Made by a program: the position numbers and the translations under genes. This document shows, in pieces, positions 45,512 through 52,569 of a stretch of 64,000 nt of DNA (positions within the stretch are counted from its first letter, which is position 1; every line of letters starts with the position of its first letter). The notes beneath the pieces are model-generated. The model was given only the letters and a program-made list of their open reading frames with translations, was not told the origin of the DNA and did not search any database. This DNA comes from an archaeon (lineage in GTDB: Archaea > Nanobdellota > Nanobdellia > Pacearchaeales > GW2011-AR1), in contig JBDRJD010000034.1 of NCBI GenBank assembly GCA_043815245.1, forward strand, positions 1,507-65,506, written 5' to 3'.

Positions 45512-47080
45512 TTATCTTTCACTTTGAAATTCCCCAAGTGACTTTTGATTTGGTTCAGATTCCATCTCTTCCTTTAATCCATCAATGGCTTTATACATCT
45601 TTTTTTCTTTTTGAAAAGCGGACCAGTGGTAGCTTTCATCACGCGTATTTTTAGTTATTAATATGGTGAGATTTCCTTTTATGAGTCTTGCTGTCCTTCC
45701 AGCTCTTTGAATCTTCCTTATGGCTGAAGCAACTGGTTCATAGAACACTACTTTGTTTACCTCTGGAATGTCTAGGCCTTCCTCCCCTATTGATGTCGAG
45801 CAAAGAATATTTATTTTTCCGAGTGAGAATTCCCTTATAAGGGCCTGTTGTTCTTTCTGGCTCAACCCGGTTTCATCTTTTCCTCTGGAAGTTTTTTTAG
45901 CCTGCCCTACAAAAACACGTGCATTAACTCCTGGAATAGAATTTAGTTCTTTACAGATTCTTGTTACTGTATCCCGATATGTTGAAAAGACAATTACCTT
46001 TACTTTTGGATTCTTCTTAAAATCTGCTTCAATTATTTCTCTTAGCTTTATCAGTTTAGGATGCTCTTGTTTTCCGGCCATTAAATCCATTGTCTTCGTA
46101 TAGGCGAGATTAAACTCCTTGGTTTTTACTAAGTTTTGAACTGCTTTTGATTTCTCTTTTTTAGCTTGGTCTAGCAATTCGTAAAGATAGTTGCTGAAGC
46201 TGGAAAGAGTCTGAGTTTCCAATAATTCTAAGGCATGCTGCATTTTTATTGTGGTGGCACAGGCAGAAGCCCCCACAAGAAGATTGAAATTTTTATTTCC
46301 AGAAGCTATTGAACGCATAATTTTGTGCTGAACTTCCAATAAATTAAATTTAGTTGCTGGTTTGAATAAAAGCTTTCTTTTCTTGAGTTCGTCTACTTTT
46401 TTATTAAGAATCACCCTTAATAATTCCCTTATTTCTGCAAATTCTCCTGGAAAATCCACTTTCACTATATCAAATTTTAATTCTTGTATGTAAGGTTTAA
46501 CATCTTCACTTTCACGTGTTCTGACTTCAACGGTCTTAATTCCAAGGTTTTTGCATATCTCTTTAATTTTTTGTTTTTCATAACCTGGAGAAGCTGTCAG
46601 TCCAAGAACGTGGGCAGATTTTGCCTGCTCCATGTATTTTTTAGCAACATAGGTGTAGGAGTAATTTTTAATACACCGATGAGCTTCATCTTCTATTAGC
46701 AGAGAAATTTCAGCTAGATTATATAAATTGTTTTTTACATCATTCCCTATGCATTGGGGTGTGGAGAAAATTATATCTGCATTTTGCCAGAGCTTTTTAC
46801 GATTATCAGCTGAAGTTTTGCCTGTGAAAAGTTCCATTGTGGCGTATAGTTCTGGAAGGTGCTTTTTAAAGTAATCAAGGTGCTGCTGTGCAAGGGGTCT
46901 TGTAGGGGCTAAAAAGAGAATCTTTTTGTCTGGATGCTCTTTTGTTTTATGAATTGCTAGCATCAAAGCAAGAAGGGTTTTTCCGATGCCTGTTGGAAGC
47001 ACTACTAGGCAGGACTTCTCCTTGCACACTTCAAATATTTCCTGCTGATACCTTCGGGGAGTTATGTTTTGTAGAGGCAT
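45512..47080 (-). CDS. Hef/FANCM-like SF2 helicase (helicase half only)
   Basis: Motif I VLPTGIGKT, motif II DEAH, motif III LTASP, motif VI QRAGRTAR, with an insertion domain between the RecA lobes. Confidence 0.8.
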   Translation of the reverse strand: MPLQNITPRRYQQEIFEVCKEKSCLVVLPTGIGKTLLALMLAIHKTKEHPDKKILFLAPTRPLAQQHLDYFKKHLPELYATMELFTGKTSADNRKKLWQNADIIFSTPQCIGNDVKNNLYNLAEISLLIEDEAHRCIKNYSYTYVAKKYMEQAKSAHVLGLTASPGYEKQKIKEICKNLGIKTVEVRTRESEDVKPYIQELKFDIVKVDFPGEFAEIRELLRVILNKKVDELKKRKLLFKPATKFNLLEVQHKIMRSIASGNKNFNLLVGASACATTIKMQHALELLETQTLSSFSNYLYELLDQAKKEKSKAVQNLVKTKEFNLAYTKTMDLMAGKQEHPKLIKLREIIEADFKKNPKVKVIVFSTYRDTVTRICKELNSIPGVNARVFVGQAKKTSRGKDETGLSQKEQQALIREFSLGKINILCSTSIGEEGLDIPEVNKVVFYEPVASAIRKIQRAGRTARLIKGNLTILITKNTRDESYHWSAFQKEKKMYKAIDGLKEEMESEPNQKSLGEFQSER

Positions 47081-47081
47081 T

Positions 47082-47717
47082 TTAGAGAATTAAAGCAAAG
47101 GCCAAGCCAATTACTGTAATTGCGGCTATTATAAAATAAGCTAACTGCGAGCCAAAAAATAACTTGCAACCGTCTAATTTGCTTATTGGAAGCATGTTAA
47201 AAGCTACATAAAATATTGATAGCTTTGCGAGTTCTGGAAGATTAATTAGATAGGCTATTAAAGCCACTGCCAAATTAGCTACAAAAGCCCACCCTGCTAT
47301 CATTCCAATATGGAACTCGGTGAGCTCTGAAAAGGAATAGTAATCATGCTTCCTAGACGCGCGATATTTTAGGGGAGTAACATTATACTGGAGAGAAGCA
47401 TACCACGGAATTATTCCTAGTGAAGCAATTGCAAGAACAAATGGAACTAATATTCCCATCGGAATTGGTGTACGAAAGTATTGGCGCTCTTTCATTCCAT
47501 ACCTTTCGAGGTGCCAAATTTTTATTTCTGTTTCAGTGTCATAAAAATAGGCCACCAATTTTTTAAAAAAAGTGTTAAATCCCAAGATTATTATAAATAA
47601 AAGGAAGGAAAGCCCAAATGCGTATGCTGATAGTTCTCTGAAAAATGACCAGGAGGCTACAAAAGATAGGATAATCAGGGCAAGGACAAGATGGCCCAAT
47701 TCACTTGTTTTTATCAT
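47082..47717 (-). CDS. Site-2-protease (M50)-like membrane protein with a degenerate zinc motif
   Basis: NMLPISKLDGCKLF matches the NxxPxxxLDG motif of S2P. The expected HExxH reads SELGH at the N-terminus. Confidence 0.4.
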   Translation of the reverse strand: MIKTSELGHLVLALIILSFVASWSFFRELSAYAFGLSFLLFIIILGFNTFFKKLVAYFYDTETEIKIWHLERYGMKERQYFRTPIPMGILVPFVLAIASLGIIPWYASLQYNVTPLKYRASRKHDYYSFSELTEFHIGMIAGWAFVANLAVALIAYLINLPELAKLSIFYVAFNMLPISKLDGCKLFFGSQLAYFIIAAITVIGLAFALIL

Positions 47718-47802
47718 GGTTAAATAAGGGGCGGGAATTTTATAAACTTTGCCATCGAAACGTTACCTTAAACCTTAAATATAATCAATTCTCGCTTCTA
47801 AT

Positions 47803-48360
47803 ATGTTTGAAGTTGAGAAACGAAGTTTGCTAAAGAATGAGCAAGAATTCCAAAAACTTAAGAAATACTTAGATTCTAATGCAGAGTTTTTAGTGGTGAA
47901 GGAGATGGTATCTTTTCTTTTTAGAGAACCTAACTATCTTCGTATTAGGCTTATAAGAGGTAATGATAAGGCAGTCATCACAATAAAAGAGGGAGAGTAT
48001 ACAGATGCTGCTAGGAAAGAAGTGGAGGAGGAAGTAAATATTAACAAATTAGACAAATATATCCAAAGAATCACTAAAGAGGGATATTCAAGTTGCTCTG
48101 AAGTACGCACGCAGAGATATTCTTATAGGTTGGATGGATTGAATGTTGAGCTAAATAGGATTGATTATCTAGGTTTGATTATTGAAATAGAGGCTTTAAC
48201 GGATGATGAGAGCAAAGTGTTAGATTTGGAGAAAAAGATATGGCGACTCATGAAAAAACTAAAGTTAGCTGAGTTGAGTGGAGAGACTTACCAGCAGATG
48301 CTTAATAGTATGTACTCTAAAACTTTAAAGAGGATTTCAGAGCATAGTTTTAGGATATGA
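47803..48360 (+). CDS. CYTH-domain triphosphate tunnel metalloenzyme
   Basis: N-terminal FEVEKRSLL (ExExK) and alternating charged beta-strand pattern (IEIE). Confidence 0.65.
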   Translation: MFEVEKRSLLKNEQEFQKLKKYLDSNAEFLVVKEMVSFLFREPNYLRIRLIRGNDKAVITIKEGEYTDAARKEVEEEVNINKLDKYIQRITKEGYSSCSEVRTQRYSYRLDGLNVELNRIDYLGLIIEIEALTDDESKVLDLEKKIWRLMKKLKLAELSGETYQQMLNSMYSKTLKRISEHSFRI

Positions 48361-48407
48361 TTTACTAACACAGAAAAGTATATAAATATCAAAGCGTAGG
48401 TTTGGGT

Positions 48408-48695
48408 ATGTTAAGGATTAAAAAAATAAGTGACGTAATTGGAAAGAGAGTATATACTGACTCTGGAGACTTCTTCGGAGAGGTAGAAGAGGTGAACTTG
48501 GTTGAAAATAAAGTTGACGGCTGGCGTATAAAGGTTACTAGTGGTGCTGCTGGTTTACTGGGAGGGGCAAGAGGAGTGATTGTGCCTCATCAGTTTATTA
48601 AGGCAATTGGAGATGTAGTGGTAGTGAATAAGTCAGCTTTACCAGAAAGACAGGAGACAGAAGTAGAAGAAGACTTAGGCATGGAAGAGATGTAA
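48408..48695 (+). CDS. PRC-barrel domain protein
   Basis: VIGKRVYTDSGDFFGEVEEVNLVENKVDGWRIKV..VIVPHQFIKAIGDVVVV. ATG at 48408 lies about 25 nt after tatataaata. Confidence 0.7.
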   Translation: MLRIKKISDVIGKRVYTDSGDFFGEVEEVNLVENKVDGWRIKVTSGAAGLLGGARGVIVPHQFIKAIGDVVVVNKSALPERQETEVEEDLGMEEM

Positions 48696-48697
48696 CG

Positions 48698-49216
48698 ATG
48701 GCAGATACCTTCCTTTCTAATGTTATTTTTACTGAAGTAGTTTTACCCTTTTTACTTGTTTTTACTATTGTTTTTGCTGTACTGCAAAAAACCAAGCTTT
48801 TTGGAGAAAACCAGAAGCGAATTAACGCTTTAGTAGCATTAGCTGTGGGGATTATCTTAGTGGCTTTTTCTTATCCTACCGGGATTATAGTTAAGTTAAT
48901 GCCTTTTTTAGCTGTCGTTTTAGTTATTCTCTTTGTGTTTATGCTTTTATTTGGGTTTGTTTCAGGCGGGGATCAAGGATTTACAATGCCTAAGGGGTTG
49001 AAGATAACTTTTGGCATCCTAATTGGAATTGCATTAGTTATTGCTGTTCTTGTTTTTACTGAGTGCTCTGGAGGAACTTGCTGGGATTGGCTTTTGAATT
49101 ATGTTTTTGAAGATGTAGAGACAAATATGGTTGCTTCTGGCTTGTTTATTGTGGCCATTGTTGTTGCAATGGTGGTAGTTTTGTGGAATCCTGGGAGTTC
49201 TAACACCAATCATTAG
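48698..49216 (+). CDS. Membrane protein, paralog family member 1 of 3
   Basis: Shares the block VVLPFLLVFTIVFAVLQKTKLFGENQKRINALVALAVG with the next two genes. Confidence 0.55.
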   Translation: MADTFLSNVIFTEVVLPFLLVFTIVFAVLQKTKLFGENQKRINALVALAVGIILVAFSYPTGIIVKLMPFLAVVLVILFVFMLLFGFVSGGDQGFTMPKGLKITFGILIGIALVIAVLVFTECSGGTCWDWLLNYVFEDVETNMVASGLFIVAIVVAMVVVLWNPGSSNTNH

Positions 49217-49310
49217 GATTTACTTAATATTTCTATAATATAGAATTTGTATGATTGGTTTATAGTCAATTAGACGAAAGATATTTAAAGTAAATTATAG
49301 TTGATAGAAT

Positions 49311-49850
49311 ATGTTAAAAGGGTTGATGTTGCAGTGGCTTGGAAGTGGAAGTGGAACTTATTATGATTTAATTGCTGAATTAGAAGATGTAGGATTTTTT
49401 CACTTAGTTCTTCCTTTTTTGCTTATTTTTGCTTTGGTCTACGGTATTATGTCTAAGATAGAGATGTTTAAGGACAATAAAGGAGTTAATGCGATTATTT
49501 CTTTGGCAGTTGGTTTACTAGCTTTATGGCAGGGGTATGTTACTGAGTTCTTTGCAATTATATTTCCTAGGGCGGGAATTGGTCTGAGTATATTACTGGT
49601 TATGCTGATTATGGTGGGGATTTTTGTACCTTTTGATTGGACTAATAAGGCCTGGGGAAATTATATCTTTTTAGGAGTTGGAGCTTTTATATTTCTAATT
49701 GTGACTTTTACTTCCCTAGATACTTTTACTTGGTGGAATGGAGGATTTAGCACTGAATACTGGTCAAGTATTTTTGTTGCTATACTAATTATTGCTGCAA
49801 TTGTGGTTGTGATTGCAACTTCAAGTAGGAGTGGAGCGGCTCCTCATTGA
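49311..49850 (+). CDS. Membrane protein, paralog family member 2 of 3
   Basis: LVLPFLLIFALVYGIMSKIEMFKDNKGVNAIISLAVG. Confidence 0.55.
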   Translation: MLKGLMLQWLGSGSGTYYDLIAELEDVGFFHLVLPFLLIFALVYGIMSKIEMFKDNKGVNAIISLAVGLLALWQGYVTEFFAIIFPRAGIGLSILLVMLIMVGIFVPFDWTNKAWGNYIFLGVGAFIFLIVTFTSLDTFTWWNGGFSTEYWSSIFVAILIIAAIVVVIATSSRSGAAPH

Positions 49851-50335
49851 ACATGGCTGAGATTTTAGATGTATCTGGATTGGAATTTTATATGCCTATT
49901 TTTGCATTCTTATTTGTGTTTGTAATCATGTATGCTTTAATTGCTAAGACTAAAATTCTTGGAGATAATAAATTTGTTAACCTTGTGGTAAGTTTTGTGA
50001 TAGCTGTCATCTTTACTTTAATTTCTAGTATTAGAACTTATATTGAGACTGTAATCCCATGGTTTGCTGTATTGATAGTTTTGGCTTTTTTTGCCCTGCT
50101 TATTGTACATTTTGTACATGAAAAGCCTGGAGATATTCTTAAGCCTTGGTTTGCGTGGGTTTTTGTTGCTTTGTTAGTAATTATTTTCTTAGCAGGTGCA
50201 ATAATAGTTTTTCCAGATACTTTAGAACCCTTGTATGATGATTTTACTGACTGGGCTGATGGAGGGGGAATTGCCGGGGGAATAATTCTTTTAGTAGTGG
50301 CGATTATTGCTGCTTGGGTGCTGGCGAAAAGTTAG
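49847..50335 (+). CDS. Membrane protein, paralog family member 3 of 3
   Basis: YMPIFAFLFVFVIMYALIAKTKILGDNKFVNLVVSFVIA. 4-nt overlap with member 2. Confidence 0.55.
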   Translation: MNMAEILDVSGLEFYMPIFAFLFVFVIMYALIAKTKILGDNKFVNLVVSFVIAVIFTLISSIRTYIETVIPWFAVLIVLAFFALLIVHFVHEKPGDILKPWFAWVFVALLVIIFLAGAIIVFPDTLEPLYDDFTDWADGGGIAGGIILLVVAIIAAWVLAKS

Positions 50336-50365
50336 TTTTATAAACCCTGGATTAATGCTAATTTT

Positions 50366-50887
50366 ATGACATTATTAAGTAAGGTTGAAGAGAATCTAGT
50401 TTCAAATACAGATTTAGTTGTCGGAAGAAGAGGTGAGTGGAGTGTAGTCAAGAGTAGTTGGCTTTTACAAGTTATTCATTTAATGGTTTCTCCTAAACAG
50501 GCTATTAGAGATATTGATAAATTGAATAGGTTTCTTCATGATTCAGGGCCTCCTGGCTCCCATGAAGTTGAGGAGTTTAAAAAAGTTAGATATCAGTTGA
50601 GGTTAGGAAGAGTAAGATATTATGAGAAGCCTAAAGAGGCTGGTGACCCTATAGCAATTTCTATTCTAGATTTAGCTGAGCGTCACAATGGGGGTGTGTA
50701 TGTTATTGGCAAGGCGAATTCTCCTCATGATGGAGTAATTAGAGTGCGTGGGTGTGAAAGAGATGTTTATGTTAATTTTTTTCCTAATGAAGAGATAATG
50801 CAGGAGTTAGTTAATTCTGGATTTTTAGAAAGGTATATTACTTATAATAGATTTAAAGAAATCAAAGTGCAAAATGGCGACGTTTGA
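50366..50887 (+). CDS. Hypothetical protein (orphan)
   Basis: 173-aa soluble-looking ORF that overlaps the csaA-like gene by 14 nt. Confidence 0.4.
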   Translation: MTLLSKVEENLVSNTDLVVGRRGEWSVVKSSWLLQVIHLMVSPKQAIRDIDKLNRFLHDSGPPGSHEVEEFKKVRYQLRLGRVRYYEKPKEAGDPIAISILDLAERHNGGVYVIGKANSPHDGVIRVRGCERDVYVNFFPNEEIMQELVNSGFLERYITYNRFKEIKVQNGDV

Positions 50888-51206
50888 GGATTTTGAGAAG
50901 TTAGATATAAGGGTTGGAAAGATAATCGAAGTAGAGGACTTTCCTGAAGCTAGGAATCCTTCTTACAAACTGAAGATTGATTTAGGAAATGAAATTGGCA
51001 TAAAAAAGTCCTGTGCGCAATTAGTAAAGAAATATTCTAAGAAGGATTTAAATGGAAAGCTTGTTTTATGCGTAGTTAACTTTCCGCCTAGACAAATAGG
51101 CCCCGCTCTGTCAGAGGTTTTGACTTTAGGCGTGCCTGATGAAGGCGGAGAATGTATATTGATTGTACCTGATAAAGAAGTTTTTTTAGGTGCAAAATTA
51201 TACTAG
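50874..51206 (+). CDS. tRNA-binding OB-fold protein (CsaA / Trbp111-like)
   Basis: LDIRVGKIIEVEDFPEARNPSYKLKIDLG and VVNFPPRQIG. Confidence 0.75.
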   Translation: MATFEDFEKLDIRVGKIIEVEDFPEARNPSYKLKIDLGNEIGIKKSCAQLVKKYSKKDLNGKLVLCVVNFPPRQIGPALSEVLTLGVPDEGGECILIVPDKEVFLGAKLY

Positions 51207-51995
51207 CTACTTTTTCTTTTTTCTTGGAGCAGCTTTTTTCGAGGTTCTAACTTTATCAATTAGTGGACTAACCACTTTAGAAAAAGATTCTTGAGTTGCA
51301 TCCATCTCAGAGCGAAGAGAATCAACGGCCTTTCCAAAAGTTCCTATCTTGTCGATTATTGAATCTTGGAGATTATCAATTATTTTTTCTATTCGTTTTA
51401 CCCTAGAATCCATATCTCTTAGCTTTGTTTCTGATATGGCTTTGAAATCTGCTATATTACCTATCGCTTTTTTAATTTCTGATATTTTTTCAGCCACAAC
51501 TTGCTCTGAAATTTCTGTAACTGTTTCTGTGTCTGGGCCCCCTCCACTGTACTGTTGATACTGATACTGATCGTAGCCGCCGTACTGATCTTGGGGATAA
51601 GCTTGGGGGGTTGGGGGGTAGGCTTCTTGATATTGATTTTGAGAATTAGGTTGCTGGGGATACTGATCTTGACCAGGGGTAGGTTGTTGCGCGTATTGAT
51701 CTTGGCCCGGAGTAGGAAATTGATTTGGAGCTTGCTGACCCATCATACTTGGCTGCATTGCCTGAGGGTCGCCAGAAGAATAGTCTTGGACTCCTGGATT
51801 CGTTGGCTGTTGCATGTTTTGCATAACTGAATCTTGTACTGCTTCATCTGAGCTAACAGCCGCTTTTATCTGGCTTTGAGAAATTGCATCACTTATTTCC
51901 CTAGGAGAAACGCCTTGTTCTTGTAAGTAATTCATAATATCTTGATCAGCATACCCTTGTGACTGCATTTGTTGGACTTGTTCTAGTGCACCCAT
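51207..51995 (-). CDS. Q/P/Y-rich low-complexity protein with N-terminal GY-D-(D/E)I module and C-terminal coiled coil
   Basis: 262 aa. Residues ~60-150 are Q/P/Y-rich, the C-terminus has a heptad-like pattern (IKKAIGNIADFKAISETKLRDMDSRVKRIEKIIDNLQDSI), and the tail is basic. Confidence 0.55.
   Translation of the reverse strand: MGALEQVQQMQSQGYADQDIMNYLQEQGVSPREISDAISQSQIKAAVSSDEAVQDSVMQNMQQPTNPGVQDYSSGDPQAMQPSMMGQQAPNQFPTPGQDQYAQQPTPGQDQYPQQPNSQNQYQEAYPPTPQAYPQDQYGGYDQYQYQQYSGGGPDTETVTEISEQVVAEKISEIKKAIGNIADFKAISETKLRDMDSRVKRIEKIIDNLQDSIIDKIGTFGKAVDSLRSEMDATQESFSKVVSPLIDKVRTSKKAAPRKKKK
51651..51716 (-). repeat. Tandem 33-nt coding repeat (PTPGQDQY[A/P]QQ x2)
   Basis: Translating the minus strand gives PTPGQDQYAQQ followed directly by PTPGQDQYPQQ. 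Confidence 0.8.
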
Positions 51996-52027
51996 TTTCT
52001 ATTTATCTATATTATTTTGTATTTAAA

Positions 52028-52126
52028 TTTACCCTTTTGACTTCTCTATCATAGCACAGGATACCTACGGTTTCCTCTGCGGCACCTTCCCTCTAAATAG
52101 TTTTACCCCTTTGACTTTTCTATCAT
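52028..52126. repeat. 25-nt direct repeat (23/25 identical) duplicating the last 7 codons and stop of the 52103..52462 gene
   Basis: 52028-52052 tttacccttttgacttctctatcat versus 52102-52126 tttacccctttgacttttctatcat. On the minus strand both encode MIEKSKG-stop. The 49-nt spacer looks more GC-rich. Confidence 0.75.
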
Positions 52127-52462
52127 GTCTTTTACATCTTCGATTCTTGCGAACTTTAGTGGCTCAAACATTTTGAACTGGCGATAAAGAATCATTACTT
52201 CTTCTTTTCTTGCAAGTTCAGATATCTCTTCGAGGATTCTTTCCATGGTATCTTTCATCCTTGAGTTTTCTGCCTTGAGTATTTCTAAGTCTGCCTTTAT
52301 CTGTGCCAGATCTTCTTCTGTTTCTTCACGAGATTCAACTAAATTCTTGCTTACTAGTAGTACGCGGTCCTTCAACAATCTCTGACGCTCTTCTACATCT
52401 CTTAAGACTGTATTGAATTCACCTAGCAGTGGTGAGATATAGTCTCCTTCCTCTTGAGCCAT
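52103..52462 (-). CDS. Coiled-coil protein, divergent from the secretion ATPase
   Basis: Likely start is the ATG at 52462 (aaagaggttaaaATG); the ORF track start at 52558 is upstream. Long heptad-rich helix (LAQIKADLEILKAENSRMKDTMERILEEISELARKEE). Confidence 0.5.
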   Translation of the reverse strand: MAQEEGDYISPLLGEFNTVLRDVEERQRLLKDRVLLVSKNLVESREETEEDLAQIKADLEILKAENSRMKDTMERILEEISELARKEEVMILYRQFKMFEPLKFARIEDVKDMIEKSKG

Positions 52463-52569
52463 TTTAACCTCTTTAATTAAATACTTCTCCTTTAGAATAG
52501 CAGGTAAAGGGGGTTTAAAATTCTTCCGACAGTAAAGTATTTTAACTGAGTTTTGCATTTAGTTTTAAG

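Noticed and set aside
45331-45537. 68-aa K/C/H-rich ORF filling the gap between the Hef helicase and cmk; possibly a small zinc finger.
   Set aside because: It overlaps the helicase 3-prime end, has no recognisable RBS, and its K/H/C richness could simply reflect AT-rich sequence. Kept only as a note under the split-Hef finding.
45753-46103. 116-aa plus-strand ORF inside the Hef helicase. Also 46484..46699 and 45042..45248.
   Set aside because: Antisense shadow ORFs within genes that have SF2 or kinase motifs.
48408-48695. Considered whether the PRC-barrel protein is a CdvA-type cell-division factor.
   Set aside because: It is only ~95 aa, with no coiled-coil or ESCRT-III-binding tail, and no ESCRT-III or Vps4 genes are in the window.
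51349-51830. Two plus-strand ORFs (69 and 91 aa) with striking L/I/R repeats (RILLGILILTRGRLLRVLILARSR).
   Set aside because: They are the reverse-complement reading of the Q/P/Y-rich repeat region of 51207..51995. The minus-strand gene has a proper start, a coiled-coil C-terminus and a longer ORF.
51207-52462. Considered calling the coiled-coil proteins archaellum accessory proteins FlaC/D/E, and the whole locus an archaellum operon.
   Set aside because: No archaellin-like major subunit and no FlaF/G/H homologs are visible, and I recognised no sequence motif. Only the generic coiled-coil character is shared.
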